Positions 10,173 to 19,306 of a stretch of 49,605 bases of DNA are shown one piece after another (positions within the stretch are counted from its first letter, which is position 1; each line of letters starts with the position of its first letter). Under the pieces are notes generated by a model. That model did not search any database. It was not told the origin of the DNA and saw only the letters and a list, made by a program, of their open reading frames with translations. The stretch is from Candidatus Hydrogenedentota bacterium (GTDB lineage: Bacteria; Hydrogenedentota; Hydrogenedentia; Hydrogenedentales; GCA-2746185): assembly GCA_046583315.1 (NCBI GenBank), contig JAYGCN010000196.1, positions 1-49,605 on the forward strand. Reading direction: 5' to 3'. The position numbers were made by a program, and so were the translations under genes.

Positions 10173-10191
10173 ATCCCTGTTGGACAAAAAG

Positions 10192-10221
10192 TTGCCAGAA
10201 TTGGTCGTTGTTTGTTATGCT
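10192..10221 (+). promoter_or_regulatory. Candidate sigma70 promoter of the rpmE operon
   Basis: TTGCCA-N18-TATGCT with an extended TG. Confidence 0.5.
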
Positions 10222-10296
10222 TACTCGCTTTTGTCAACGAATCCCCGATTATCCGGTGGTTATATACTCAAATCGATTAACGCCCAGGAGAGACCC

Positions 10297-10515
10297 GTGA
10301 AGAAAGACATTCACCCCAATTACGTAGCGTGCACTGTACATTGCGCCTGCGGAAACACCTTTGAGACCCGTGCCAACAAAGACTCAATCAAAATTGAAAT
10401 CTGCTCTTCCTGCCACCCTTTCTTTACCGGCAAGCAGAAGTTTGTCGATAGCGAAGGCCGCGTCGAACGTTTCCAGAAAAAATTCGGATCCATGTCCGCC
10501 TCCGCGAAGTCATAA
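10297..10515 (+). CDS. rpmE: 50S ribosomal protein L31 (Zn-binding C+ type)
   Basis: GTG start after an AGGAG SD. Sequence KKDIHPNY...CACGN...[12 protein letters not shown]...GRVERF. Confidence 0.97.
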   Translation: MKKDIHPNYVACTVHCACGNTFETRANKDSIKIEICSSCHPFFTGKQKFVDSEGRVERFQKKFGSMSASAKS

Positions 10516-10536
10516 TCCGCTCCGATGGAGCACGTC

Positions 10537-11616
10537 ATGCGCGAAAAACTCCTCCAGGTGCGCGAGGAGTATCAACGTCTTACCGATCTGATGGGGACCA
10601 ATGAGGTCGCTTCGGATCCCGATACCTTTCGCAAATATGCCAAGGCGCAATCGGACATTGGAGACTTGGTCAACCGATTCAATTCGTATCTAAAAGACGA
10701 AGAAGACTTGGCCGGTGCCGAATCCATTCTGCGCGAAGATAACGACCCTGAAATGCGGGAAATGGCCGAGGAAGAAAAGAGCGGGCTTGTCGCTGCGCTC
10801 GAAGAACACGAGAGCGAACTCAAGGTTCTGTTGCTTCCCAAAGATCCCAACGACGAGAAAAATACAATCGTAGAACTGCGTGCAGGGACCGGGGGAGACG
10901 AGGCCGCGCTTTTTTGTGCCGATTTATTCAAGGCCTACTCTCGATTTTCCGAAGTAAAAGGCTGGAAAGTCGAAGTCCTCAGCACCAACGAAATCGGTAT
11001 CGGCGGATTCAAAGAAATCTCCTTCAAGGTCAGCGGCGACAACGTCTACAGCCAGTTCAAGTTTGAAGGGGGTGTCCACCGCGTACAACGTGTTCCTGAG
11101 ACTGAAACCCAGGGCCGTGTGCATACCTCCGCCATCACCGTGGCCGTATTGCCCGAAGCCGAAGAAGTGGAAATCAGTATCGCTCCCAGTGACCTGAAAA
11201 TAGACGTCTTCCGTTCTTCAGGTCCAGGCGGTCAGAGCGTCAACACCACTGACTCCGCTGTACGTATTACGCATGTGCCCACCGGTACGATCGTAACCTG
11301 TCAGGACGAAAAGTCTCAACACAAGAACAAAGCCAAAGCGATGACCATCTTACGGTCGCGTATTCTCGCTACGGCGAAAGAGAAAGAGGATAGCGAACGG
11401 TCCGAGAATCGCCGCAGTCAAGTGGGTAGTGGCGACCGTAGCGAACGCATTCGTACCTATAATTTCCCTCAGAATCGCGTCTCCGATCACCGCATCAACC
11501 TGACACTATACCGCCTCGAACAAGTCATGCAGGGTGAGTTCCAGGAATTGATGAACGCACTGATCGCGGCAGATCGCGCGGAACAAATGTCCGCCCAGAC
11601 CCACGTAACCGACTAA
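10537..11616 (+). CDS. prfA: Peptide chain release factor 1
   Basis: RAGTGGDEA, RVPET (PxT, RF1-specific), GPGGQSVN and IRTYNFPQNR. A GGAG SD favours ATG 10537 (alternative 10525). Confidence 0.98.
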   Translation: MREKLLQVREEYQRLTDLMGTNEVASDPDTFRKYAKAQSDIGDLVNRFNSYLKDEEDLAGAESILREDNDPEMREMAEEEKSGLVAALEEHESELKVLLLPKDPNDEKNTIVELRAGTGGDEAALFCADLFKAYSRFSEVKGWKVEVLSTNEIGIGGFKEISFKVSGDNVYSQFKFEGGVHRVQRVPETETQGRVHTSAITVAVLPEAEEVEISIAPSDLKIDVFRSSGPGGQSVNTTDSAVRITHVPTGTIVTCQDEKSQHKNKAKAMTILRSRILATAKEKEDSERSENRRSQVGSGDRSERIRTYNFPQNRVSDHRINLTLYRLEQVMQGEFQELMNALIAADRAEQMSAQTHVTD

Positions 11617-11628
11617 ATCGAGCAGGCC

Positions 11629-12468
11629 ATGGCCACGTTACGCGAAACGATTCTTGAGTCCGTAGCCAAGCTGAGTCCGGTGTCAGACTCGGCAAACCTC
11701 GATGCAGAACTCTTGCTGTGTCACGCCCTCAAATGCACACGAGCACAATTCTACGCGCGGTCAACGGAGGAAATGCCGAACTCCAACTTCGAAGAACTGC
11801 TCGCACGGCGATTAAAACGCGAACCCATAGCCTACATCCTCGGCGAGTGGGAATTCTTCTCCCTTCCTTTAAATGTTCGACCACCGACGCTCGTTCCCCG
11901 CCCCGAAACCGAGCACCTGGTCGAGCTCGCTCTTGAGTTATTGCCTCACGAAAATTGTCGAGCACTCGATATCGGTACCGGCACCGGCTGCATTCCGATT
12001 GCTGTCGTCTGCAATCATGAGCACATTCGATTTACCGCATCAGACATCAAAGCGAATAATCTCACGCTTGCCGCGGAAAACGCTGAACTAAATGGTGTAT
12101 CCGAACGAATTTGCTTTATTCAAAGTGACCTCTTTGACACCATTGGGGATGTTGACCCCTTTGACCTCATCACATCGAATCCACCCTACGTGCCCGACCC
12201 GGCATGGCCCGGCCTCAGTGACGACATTCGACTTTATGAGGACCGCGACGCACTCCTTTCTGGCGAGGAAGGCCTTGACCTTATTCGCAAAATCATCCCT
12301 CAAGCGGCAGAATACCTCAAACCTGAAGGCCACCTCCTCCTCGAAATTGGCGCGGAACAGGCTGATGCGGTATCTGTACTACTTGAAGAAAACGGTTACA
12401 ATGACATAAGCTTCCGTAAAGACTTGGCAGGAATTGACCGAATCGCCATGGGAAGGAAGCCCCGATGA
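11629..12468 (+). CDS. prmC: Release factor glutamine methyltransferase
   Basis: EPIAYILG, LVPRPETE, LDIGTGTG and NPPY. Directly follows prfA. Confidence 0.97.
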   Translation: MATLRETILESVAKLSPVSDSANLDAELLLCHALKCTRAQFYARSTEEMPNSNFEELLARRLKREPIAYILGEWEFFSLPLNVRPPTLVPRPETEHLVELALELLPHENCRALDIGTGTGCIPIAVVCNHEHIRFTASDIKANNLTLAAENAELNGVSERICFIQSDLFDTIGDVDPFDLITSNPPYVPDPAWPGLSDDIRLYEDRDALLSGEEGLDLIRKIIPQAAEYLKPEGHLLLEIGAEQADAVSVLLEENGYNDISFRKDLAGIDRIAMGRKPR

Positions 12469-13166
12469 AGCCACCGAAGCCGTTTATCGATACCGCCGTA
12501 CGTGAAATGCCTGAAGAGGAACGTCCTCGTGAGCGGCTCGAACACACCGGTGCCGAATCCCTGCGCGATGCCGAACTGCTTGCCATTTTATTTCGCACCG
12601 GCACACGCACGATGGGTGCCGTGGCGCTGGCCGAAGCATTGTTGCGCCATTTCGGAGGACTGCGCCAGGTAGCCCGCGCGTCCATCGACGAACTGCAGCA
12701 GGTCAAAGGCATTGGCAAGGTCAAAGCCATCGAAATCAAGTCCGCGCTCGAATTGGGCAAGCGTCTGGCCAATTTCACCGAAACGACCCGTCCCCGCATT
12801 CGAAGCGCGCAGGATGTCGCCGATCTGCTCATGGTTCGCTACAAAGAATATGAAACCGAAGTCTTCAAATGCATATTGGTGAATACCAAGAATGACGTCT
12901 TGAAGACCCTGGATATCTCTTCGGGCGGTCTGGACGGCACCATGGCCGATCCCAAGGACGTATTCCGTCAAGCCGTGCGTGAAGGCGCCACGGGTATCAT
13001 CCTGTGCCACAATCACCCGAGTGGCGATCCCGAGCCGAGTTTGGACGACATCGCGGTGACCGAACGCTTGCAGGAGGCCGGGGAAGTGCTTGGCGTACGG
13101 GTGCTCGACCACGTCATTTTCGGTGACGGAGCCTATATAAGTCTCAAAGAAAGGAAATTGATGTGA
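12465..13166 (+). CDS. radC: RadC/UPF0758 JAB-domain protein
   Basis: RPRERL, LAILFRTG, HhH motif KGIGKVKA and JAB motif HNHPSGD..PS.DD, VLDHVI. Confidence 0.95.
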   Translation: MKPPKPFIDTAVREMPEEERPRERLEHTGAESLRDAELLAILFRTGTRTMGAVALAEALLRHFGGLRQVARASIDELQQVKGIGKVKAIEIKSALELGKRLANFTETTRPRIRSAQDVADLLMVRYKEYETEVFKCILVNTKNDVLKTLDISSGGLDGTMADPKDVFRQAVREGATGIILCHNHPSGDPEPSLDDIAVTERLQEAGEVLGVRVLDHVIFGDGAYISLKERKLM

Positions 13167-13861
13167 ACCCGGAATTCAGCTCATGGAAAGTGGGGGCACC
13201 GTATTACCTTCCGTTTCTTGTCTTGTCCATACTCGCCCAAATTATCGCCGTGTGGCTCGGTTTTCCCTGGGGTGCCACGCCGCTTTGGCTACTCTTCGCG
13301 TTCACACTGAACTTTTTTCGCGATCCCAAGCGAACGATAACATCCGATGCGTCGGAAATCGTAAGCCCCGCAGATGGCGTGGTCGATGCTATTGAAGAAC
13401 TCGAAGATTCCCCGTATTACGAGGGTCCGTGCATCTGCGTCTCGATCTTTCTCAATGTATTCAACGTACACGTCAATCGCGCTCCAGACGAGTGTAAAAT
13501 AGAGAGAATTGAATACCGAGAGGGCGAATTTCGCAACGCGATGGACCCGACATCGCGTCAAATGAATGAATCCAACACCCTGTATCTCGACACCCCAAAC
13601 GGCCCCATGACCGTAAAACAGATATCCGGTGCCATAGCACGGCGTATCGTATGTGTAACTTCCGAAGGTAAACACCTGACAAAAGGCGAAAAATTTGGTA
13701 TGATTAAGTTCGGGTCGAGAACCGAGCTCTATCTCCCCATGAATGCAACTATACTAGTAAAAACAGGTCAAAAGGTGAACGGGGGGTCTTCAAACCTCGC
13801 ACGCATTGACAATACTTATACCGAGAATACTGATGCCAGACGAACTCAAAAAGAGGCGTAA
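13163..13861 (+). CDS. psd: Phosphatidylserine decarboxylase proenzyme
   Basis: FFRDP.R, SPADG, SIFLNVFNVHVNRAP, QISGAIARRI and the KFGSR autocleavage motif. Confidence 0.95.
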   Translation: MNPEFSSWKVGAPYYLPFLVLSILAQIIAVWLGFPWGATPLWLLFAFTLNFFRDPKRTITSDASEIVSPADGVVDAIEELEDSPYYEGPCICVSIFLNVFNVHVNRAPDECKIERIEYREGEFRNAMDPTSRQMNESNTLYLDTPNGPMTVKQISGAIARRIVCVTSEGKHLTKGEKFGMIKFGSRTELYLPMNATILVKTGQKVNGGSSNLARIDNTYTENTDARRTQKEA

Positions 13862-14684
13862 ACGCTCGCGACGATGGAAACGTCGCCAACGTAAGCGCAT
13901 GCCCATCAATTTCGCGGCAAGCATGGTAACCGCCTTCGCGCTCTACTCTGGACTCGCCAGCATTTTTGCGAGCATCCGTAGCGAATACGATATCGCCTGT
14001 TACTGGATTCTTGCTGCAATCATTTTCGACACCATGGACGGTACGGTCGCTCGCCTAACAAAAAGCGTCTCCGACTTCGGCAAAGAACTCGACAGTCTAA
14101 GCGACATCGTCTCTTTCGGTGTTGCACCCGCCGTGCTCATATACCACTCCTACGTGCTCGAAGAAACCGTTGCCAACATGAACATGGTTCCCGCCGGTAG
14201 TATGATTGCGATTATCTATGTCATCATGGGTGCCCTTCGCCTCGCGCGCTACAACGTATTCCAAGCCGATCGTCAAGACATTTTCTTCGGACTGCCCATC
14301 CCCGGAGCCGCTGGAACGATCGCCTCATTTACACTCTTCACCCAATACTTCGAATGGCAAGTTCCCGTCTGGTTCATGACACCATTCGTATTCGCCGTTT
14401 CACTGCTCATGGTCAGCAACGTCCGATACCCCAAAAAGAGCCTCGGTGTATTTATGCTTACTCCGCGCAAAGGTTTCCGCGCGATGGTAGCCGTCGGGAT
14501 GGGCATCGCCGTCTTTCACTACGCCAACCAATATTCGCCCGCCATTGTGCTGTTCCCCCTTGGTCTAACCTACGTCTTGTTCGGCCCCACCAACGAACTG
14601 GTTGCATTCACGACACGGCGCAAACCCCTGACGACCTCGACCAATGTCGATGTGCCCCATCACCCGGAGCCGAGCAAGCTGTGA
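13833..14684 (+). CDS. pssA: CDP-diacylglycerol--serine O-phosphatidyltransferase
   Basis: CDP-alcohol phosphotransferase motif D..DG..AR......FGKELDSLSDIVSFGVAP, plus RLARYN and FFGLPIP. Lies next to psd. Confidence 0.93.
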   Translation: MPDELKKRRKRSRRWKRRQRKRMPINFAASMVTAFALYSGLASIFASIRSEYDIACYWILAAIIFDTMDGTVARLTKSVSDFGKELDSLSDIVSFGVAPAVLIYHSYVLEETVANMNMVPAGSMIAIIYVIMGALRLARYNVFQADRQDIFFGLPIPGAAGTIASFTLFTQYFEWQVPVWFMTPFVFAVSLLMVSNVRYPKKSLGVFMLTPRKGFRAMVAVGMGIAVFHYANQYSPAIVLFPLGLTYVLFGPTNELVAFTTRRKPLTTSTNVDVPHHPEPSKL

Positions 14685-15766
14685 TGTTACGCCTTATCAT
14701 ACTCGTCTCCGTAATACTGAGCTCGTTCATCACTCAGCATGCCTTGGCGGACACCATCACCCTCAAAAACGGGGACCGCCTCAGTGGAACCCTGCTGAAC
14801 ATCTCCTCGGGAATCGTATCCTTTCGCACGAAGCTTGCCGGTCGCATTATGGTGCCAAGCGATCAACTCGCATCACTGTCGACGGAGGGCTTTCTGGTTC
14901 TCGCGCTACAGGACAATACAGCCCTTCCCGGACGCATCGAAACCATCGACTCCGCGTTCGTCGTCATTGCGCCCAACGGAGAAAGTCAGACGACTATCGA
15001 TCTTGCACAGGTTCAACAGGTTGAAAGCCTGCCCGAGTCCGCGTTTGTCAACAACGAATCGGACTCCCCCACACACATTGCCGTGACGACGGGATACAAA
15101 CTGCGTACCGGGACCAAAGATGCCTCCGGTCCGACCGCGCGCCTTAACGTGGACCATGACGGTGCCAAGGTGAATGCGCAATTCGAAGCGAATATCGAAT
15201 ACACTGAAGATGCCGACGCCATGGATCGCTACTTCGATGCAGAGCTCATCATATCCAAACAAACTCGGGGCGAACTATCGCCCACACTCATCGTAGGTCT
15301 GGAACGAAATCGCGACAAAGCACTGAAATTGGGCACTGAGGTAGCCGCCGGCGTGAGCAAGACGCTCTACGAGAATGAGCAGCAACTACTGTCCGGATTC
15401 GCGGGCGTGGGAGGACGGGTAGAGGATTACGATCCGCAGCAGTTACGCGATGATCTCGGCGCTTCGAACAATCTCCCCGGAACCCTCGGCTCCGAACAGG
15501 AAGAAGAGTTGATTCTGGATCTTCGTCTTCGTTATACGCGGCATGTGTTATCGCAATCGGTGCTTCACGAGCAGTTTACCGTTCAACCGAGCCTTAAAGA
15601 CACTGCCGAATTACACGCCGAACTGGAATCATCGTTAACCGTGCCTATCATTCTCAATATGCGCCTGAATTTCAATTTGTTGTTCGACTATGACAGCGAA
15701 CCATTCCATAGCAGCCTCGACAAATGGAATACGTCAATCAGTGCGGGACTACAGATCGAATTCTGA
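14684..15766 (+). CDS. Exported DUF481-like outer-membrane beta-barrel protein
   Basis: ATG overlaps the pssA stop (TGATG). Signal peptide ends HALA, followed by DTITLKNGDRLSG, amphipathic strands and a C-terminal GLQIEF beta-signal. Confidence 0.75.
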   Translation: MLRLIILVSVILSSFITQHALADTITLKNGDRLSGTLLNISSGIVSFRTKLAGRIMVPSDQLASLSTEGFLVLALQDNTALPGRIETIDSAFVVIAPNGESQTTIDLAQVQQVESLPESAFVNNESDSPTHIAVTTGYKLRTGTKDASGPTARLNVDHDGAKVNAQFEANIEYTEDADAMDRYFDAELIISKQTRGELSPTLIVGLERNRDKALKLGTEVAAGVSKTLYENEQQLLSGFAGVGGRVEDYDPQQLRDDLGASNNLPGTLGSEQEEELILDLRLRYTRHVLSQSVLHEQFTVQPSLKDTAELHAELESSLTVPIILNMRLNFNLLFDYDSEPFHSSLDKWNTSISAGLQIEF

Positions 15767-15771
15767 CCACA

Positions 15772-15801
15772 TTGACGGCTTTCCTCAACATTTGATACTA
15801 T
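15772..15801 (+). promoter_or_regulatory. Candidate sigma70 promoter of the ABC module
   Basis: TTGACG-N18-TACTAT with an extended TG, in an AT-rich intergenic region. Confidence 0.55.
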
Positions 15802-15860
15802 TATTCTTCGTTTATAAATAATGTTAATACATATTCTCACTCCGAAAAGGGTTCCATATC

Positions 15861-16826
15861 GTGTCCGCTGTAATCGAGACTGAGCAACTCACTAAAATTT
15901 ACGAATCCACCATGTTCGGAGGGCAGGACGTCCACGCCCTTAATAATATGGACCTGGCCATCAATCAGGGTGAAATATTCGCCTATCTCGGTCCAAACGG
16001 GTCGGGTAAAACGACAACCATCAAGATGCTGCTCGGATTGCTGTTCCCCACCTCCGGCACGATAAAATTAATGGGGCGCAAGGACATCGCATCGAGCGAA
16101 ATTAAACGAAAAATCGGATACCTTCCCGAAGGCGCGTATTACCCCGAGTTCCTTAAAGGCGATGAGATCCTTCGCTTCTATGGTCAGCTCTACGGCCTTC
16201 ACGGCAAGGACCTTGAGAAACGCATTGACCACGTGATGGACGTCGTGAGTATTAGTTTCGCGCGCAAACGACTGCTGCGTGGTTATTCGAAGGGCATGCG
16301 CCAACGCATTGGATTGGCTCAAGCCCTGCTCAGCGATCCTGACATCCTCATCCTGGATGAACCCACTACCGGCCTAGATCCTCTGGCGCGCAAAGAAATG
16401 CGCGACATCCTTTCCAATCTTCGCGACGAAGGTAAAACGCTGATGATTTCGAGTCACGAACTTCAGGAAGTAGAGTTAATCAGCGACCGTGTCGGGATCA
16501 TTTACAAAGGCGAGATGCAGATTCAAGGTACGCTGGATGAACTACTCACCGATCGCGATATCACCATCGAAGTTGAAACTGTGGACGATGCCACCTCGGC
16601 CACACTCTCCGCGAAAGGCTTGGTCGTTGACGACGTGACCAACACCAGCGCACTGCTGCGAGTACCCGCCGCGATGTCCATCTACGATGCCGTCGGCCTG
16701 TGCAAGGAAAGCAACATCAACATCAACAGCATTGCGCCGCGCCGCGAAACGCTTGAAGAGCTGTTCGTGCGCACAGTGGGCGATGCCAGCGCCAAAGAAG
16801 TTAACCCAACCCTGCAAAAGAATTAG
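15861..16826 (+). CDS. ABC transporter ATP-binding protein (PilH-like)
   Basis: GPNGSGKTT, YSKGMRQR, ILDEPT, SSH and the C-terminal LEELF. Confidence 0.93.
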   Translation: MSAVIETEQLTKIYESTMFGGQDVHALNNMDLAINQGEIFAYLGPNGSGKTTTIKMLLGLLFPTSGTIKLMGRKDIASSEIKRKIGYLPEGAYYPEFLKGDEILRFYGQLYGLHGKDLEKRIDHVMDVVSISFARKRLLRGYSKGMRQRIGLAQALLSDPDILILDEPTTGLDPLARKEMRDILSNLRDEGKTLMISSHELQEVELISDRVGIIYKGEMQIQGTLDELLTDRDITIEVETVDDATSATLSAKGLVVDDVTNTSALLRVPAAMSIYDAVGLCKESNININSIAPRRETLEELFVRTVGDASAKEVNPTLQKN

Positions 16827-16839
16827 GACACGAATCATT

Positions 16840-17682
16840 ATGGCAGTAGTCGACTCAATCCGCGGCCCCTGGGCCATCGCTATGTATACCTGGCGTGAAG
16901 GCATACGCAAAAAGACCCTTCTGGGCTTTCTCATACTCAGTCTATTCGTTATTTTCGGCTCAACCTTCATGACCGCATTCATGACCCAGGCCACCGTGGT
17001 GGGCGATGTGGAGACGCAAGTCGAGACCAAGATGATCAAGGACATTTGCGTAACGGCCATCTCCATTTTCGGAATCTTGATCACCATTTTCATATCCGCC
17101 TCCGTAGTGCCGACCGAACTTGACAACAAAGTAATCTATACCATCTTGTCCAAGCCCATTCGCCGTTATCAATACCTGCTTGGGAAGTTCATCGGCGTAC
17201 AGCTCATCGTGATTGCCAACCTCGTACTCATGAGCGTATTGTTCATGATCGCACTTGCCATCAAAGAGCAAGTATTTCCAACAATGCTGCTGTGGTCATC
17301 ACTCCTAACCTATTTTCAGTTCCTCATCGTATCGGCCTTCACCTTTGCAATCAGTTGCACATCCACCTCGTCGGTACTGCCGACCATTTCAGGATTGTTC
17401 ATCTTCATCGCAGGCAATCTCACTGGGTATCTGAAAGACGTTGCAAACCGGGCGGGTTCCTCTGACGGTGCCTTCGATGCCTTTATCGGACAAGTTGCCT
17501 GGGGCCTCGGGGAAGTGTTGCCCAATCTCCGCTCTTTCGATTTGCGCACACAAATCCTTAACCTCCCTCTAAATGATCCACCCACTGGTGTCATGCTTCC
17601 CAGTCTCATCGTCTACGGTCTTTCCTATGCCTTGTCAGGTTACGTATTGGCGGCATGGCTATTCCATCGCAAGGAGCTCTAA
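16840..17682 (+). CDS. ABC-2-type permease (PilI-like)
   Basis: About 6 TM helices with ELDNKVIYTILSKPIRRYQYLLGKFIG and C-terminal FHRKEL. AGGA SD precedes ATG 16840. Confidence 0.9.
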   Translation: MAVVDSIRGPWAIAMYTWREGIRKKTLLGFLILSLFVIFGSTFMTAFMTQATVVGDVETQVETKMIKDICVTAISIFGILITIFISASVVPTELDNKVIYTILSKPIRRYQYLLGKFIGVQLIVIANLVLMSVLFMIALAIKEQVFPTMLLWSSLLTYFQFLIVSAFTFAISCTSTSSVLPTISGLFIFIAGNLTGYLKDVANRAGSSDGAFDAFIGQVAWGLGEVLPNLRSFDLRTQILNLPLNDPPTGVMLPSLIVYGLSYALSGYVLAAWLFHRKEL

Positions 17683-17688
17683 CGATCC

Positions 17689-19254
17689 ATGTCTTCTATG
17701 CGCGCAAAATTAATGCCCGTAGGCTTTGTGATCCTGATTCTCATTTCGTCATGGCTGGGCAATCGCATCAATACCATCAAGGACTCGGAAGCATTCTATC
17801 GCTGGACCATATCGGCGGCCAGCCTCACACGTCTGGGCGATACCCTTGAACCGGACAAATCTCTGGACGTGCCCGAAGCGATGGACGACGAGATCTATGC
17901 CCAACTGGTCTCGCTCGCTGATACGGCATTACCCGATTACGAAGCCGATCCCGATCTGGACCTTGACCCGGAAGGCAACGTCACCAGTAGACTCGCGCGC
18001 GCCGTCCGCCAATCGCACGATATGGACGTGTGGGCACTCATCAACGACCCCACGGTCGCCGACCTCAAGCAACAATTCCTCGATTTCCGGACCGCTCACC
18101 AAATCCAGAGCATGGGAATCCAATTCTCCGCTGACACCATGTACAGCAACGATACCCAAGCAAGCGGCGTAGGATTAGCAGGGCTCTTTTTCGGATTCCG
18201 TACCGTGGCCGCGAATTTCCTTTGGATGCAGGTAGATACATTTTGGCACAACGGCGAGTTGCATCGTATGGTTCCGTTGATGAAGACGTGTGTCACGCTT
18301 GATCCGAACTTTATCGATGCCTATCTTCTGGGTGCCTGGCATCTTGCATACAACATCCCGGCAAAAATTGAACCCACTCCGGAACCTCTGAAGAAAAAGA
18401 CGCCTCACTACCATCAACGCATCGGACTCAAGGAAGAATGGTATCTGATGGCAGTGGATTTCCTTCGTGACGGGATACGCAAAAACCCACGCGATTATCA
18501 ACTCTATTTCGATCTGGGATACGGTGTTTACGAACAAAAACTTCAAGATCACGAGAACGCCATTCTGTATCTCGATGAAGCACGGCGACACAAACACAAC
18601 AAATGGGTGCCGCGTATGCTGTTTCGCTCATTGTTCCTGAATGAGCAATACGAAGATGCCATCGAGGGATGGATCGGGTATCTCGAAGATTTCCCCTCAC
18701 ACGACATCGGCGATCGCTTCTTGAAAATGAACAAAGGTTTCCTTGCTGAAACCATCGTGGACGAAGCGCGCGAGTGCCAGACGCTCGCACAGGCGTCCAT
18801 AGCCGAATTTCAGGCACAAATCGAAGCAACAGCAGACGCCGCAGAGATTTCCCGTCTCGAATCGCAAGTGCAGGAAGCCGAAAACTTTATCGCCGATCTA
18901 GACATTCGCATTAAGGAAGAGCTCGACGCAGCCGTGGCCATCTGGGGCGATTTGTACTCCGATTCCCAAGACAGCATGGCACTGGGCCGCATGGTTCGGC
19001 GACGAGCACTCGAGCTCAACGAAATGGGCCGCCACCTGGAAGCGATAGCCGAGCTCGATGTCGTGCGCTGGGAAGATCTCCAGTTCTTCGATGATGCCAG
19101 CAACATCATGATAGACATCAAGCAAGAGGCGGGAATTCCTCTTACCGTTTCCGAGCAACTCCAGGTGCTGCGTAAGCAAGATGTGGAAAAATGGGCCGAC
19201 GAAGCGCCCAAACGCGAGCCGATACGCCGTATTGATTGCCCCTACGACCACTGA
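17689..19254 (+). CDS. Membrane-anchored TPR-like protein (PilG/XapA-like)
   Basis: N-terminal TM, then GFRTVAANFLWMQ...TLDPNFIDAY..GAWHLAYN...FLRDGIRKNP and a helical/coiled-coil C-terminus. Follows the ABC pair. Confidence 0.7.
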   Translation: MSSMRAKLMPVGFVILILISSWLGNRINTIKDSEAFYRWTISAASLTRLGDTLEPDKSLDVPEAMDDEIYAQLVSLADTALPDYEADPDLDLDPEGNVTSRLARAVRQSHDMDVWALINDPTVADLKQQFLDFRTAHQIQSMGIQFSADTMYSNDTQASGVGLAGLFFGFRTVAANFLWMQVDTFWHNGELHRMVPLMKTCVTLDPNFIDAYLLGAWHLAYNIPAKIEPTPEPLKKKTPHYHQRIGLKEEWYLMAVDFLRDGIRKNPRDYQLYFDLGYGVYEQKLQDHENAILYLDEARRHKHNKWVPRMLFRSLFLNEQYEDAIEGWIGYLEDFPSHDIGDRFLKMNKGFLAETIVDEARECQTLAQASIAEFQAQIEATADAAEISRLESQVQEAENFIADLDIRIKEELDAAVAIWGDLYSDSQDSMALGRMVRRRALELNEMGRHLEAIAELDVVRWEDLQFFDDASNIMIDIKQEAGIPLTVSEQLQVLRKQDVEKWADEAPKREPIRRIDCPYDH

Positions 19255-19306
19255 GCAACGACCTACGGGCGTGTAACCCTCAGTGCCGATCGTGTACCAT
19301 CGCCCC

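Noticed and set aside
12465..13166. radC as a marker of a mobile element or defence island
   Set aside because: It is the full-length HhH+JAB chromosomal type embedded in a housekeeping operon, with no integrase or transposase nearby.
14354..14683. 110-aa N-terminal extension of the 470-aa ORF
   Set aside because: It overlaps pssA out of frame. The signal peptide begins at ATG 14684.
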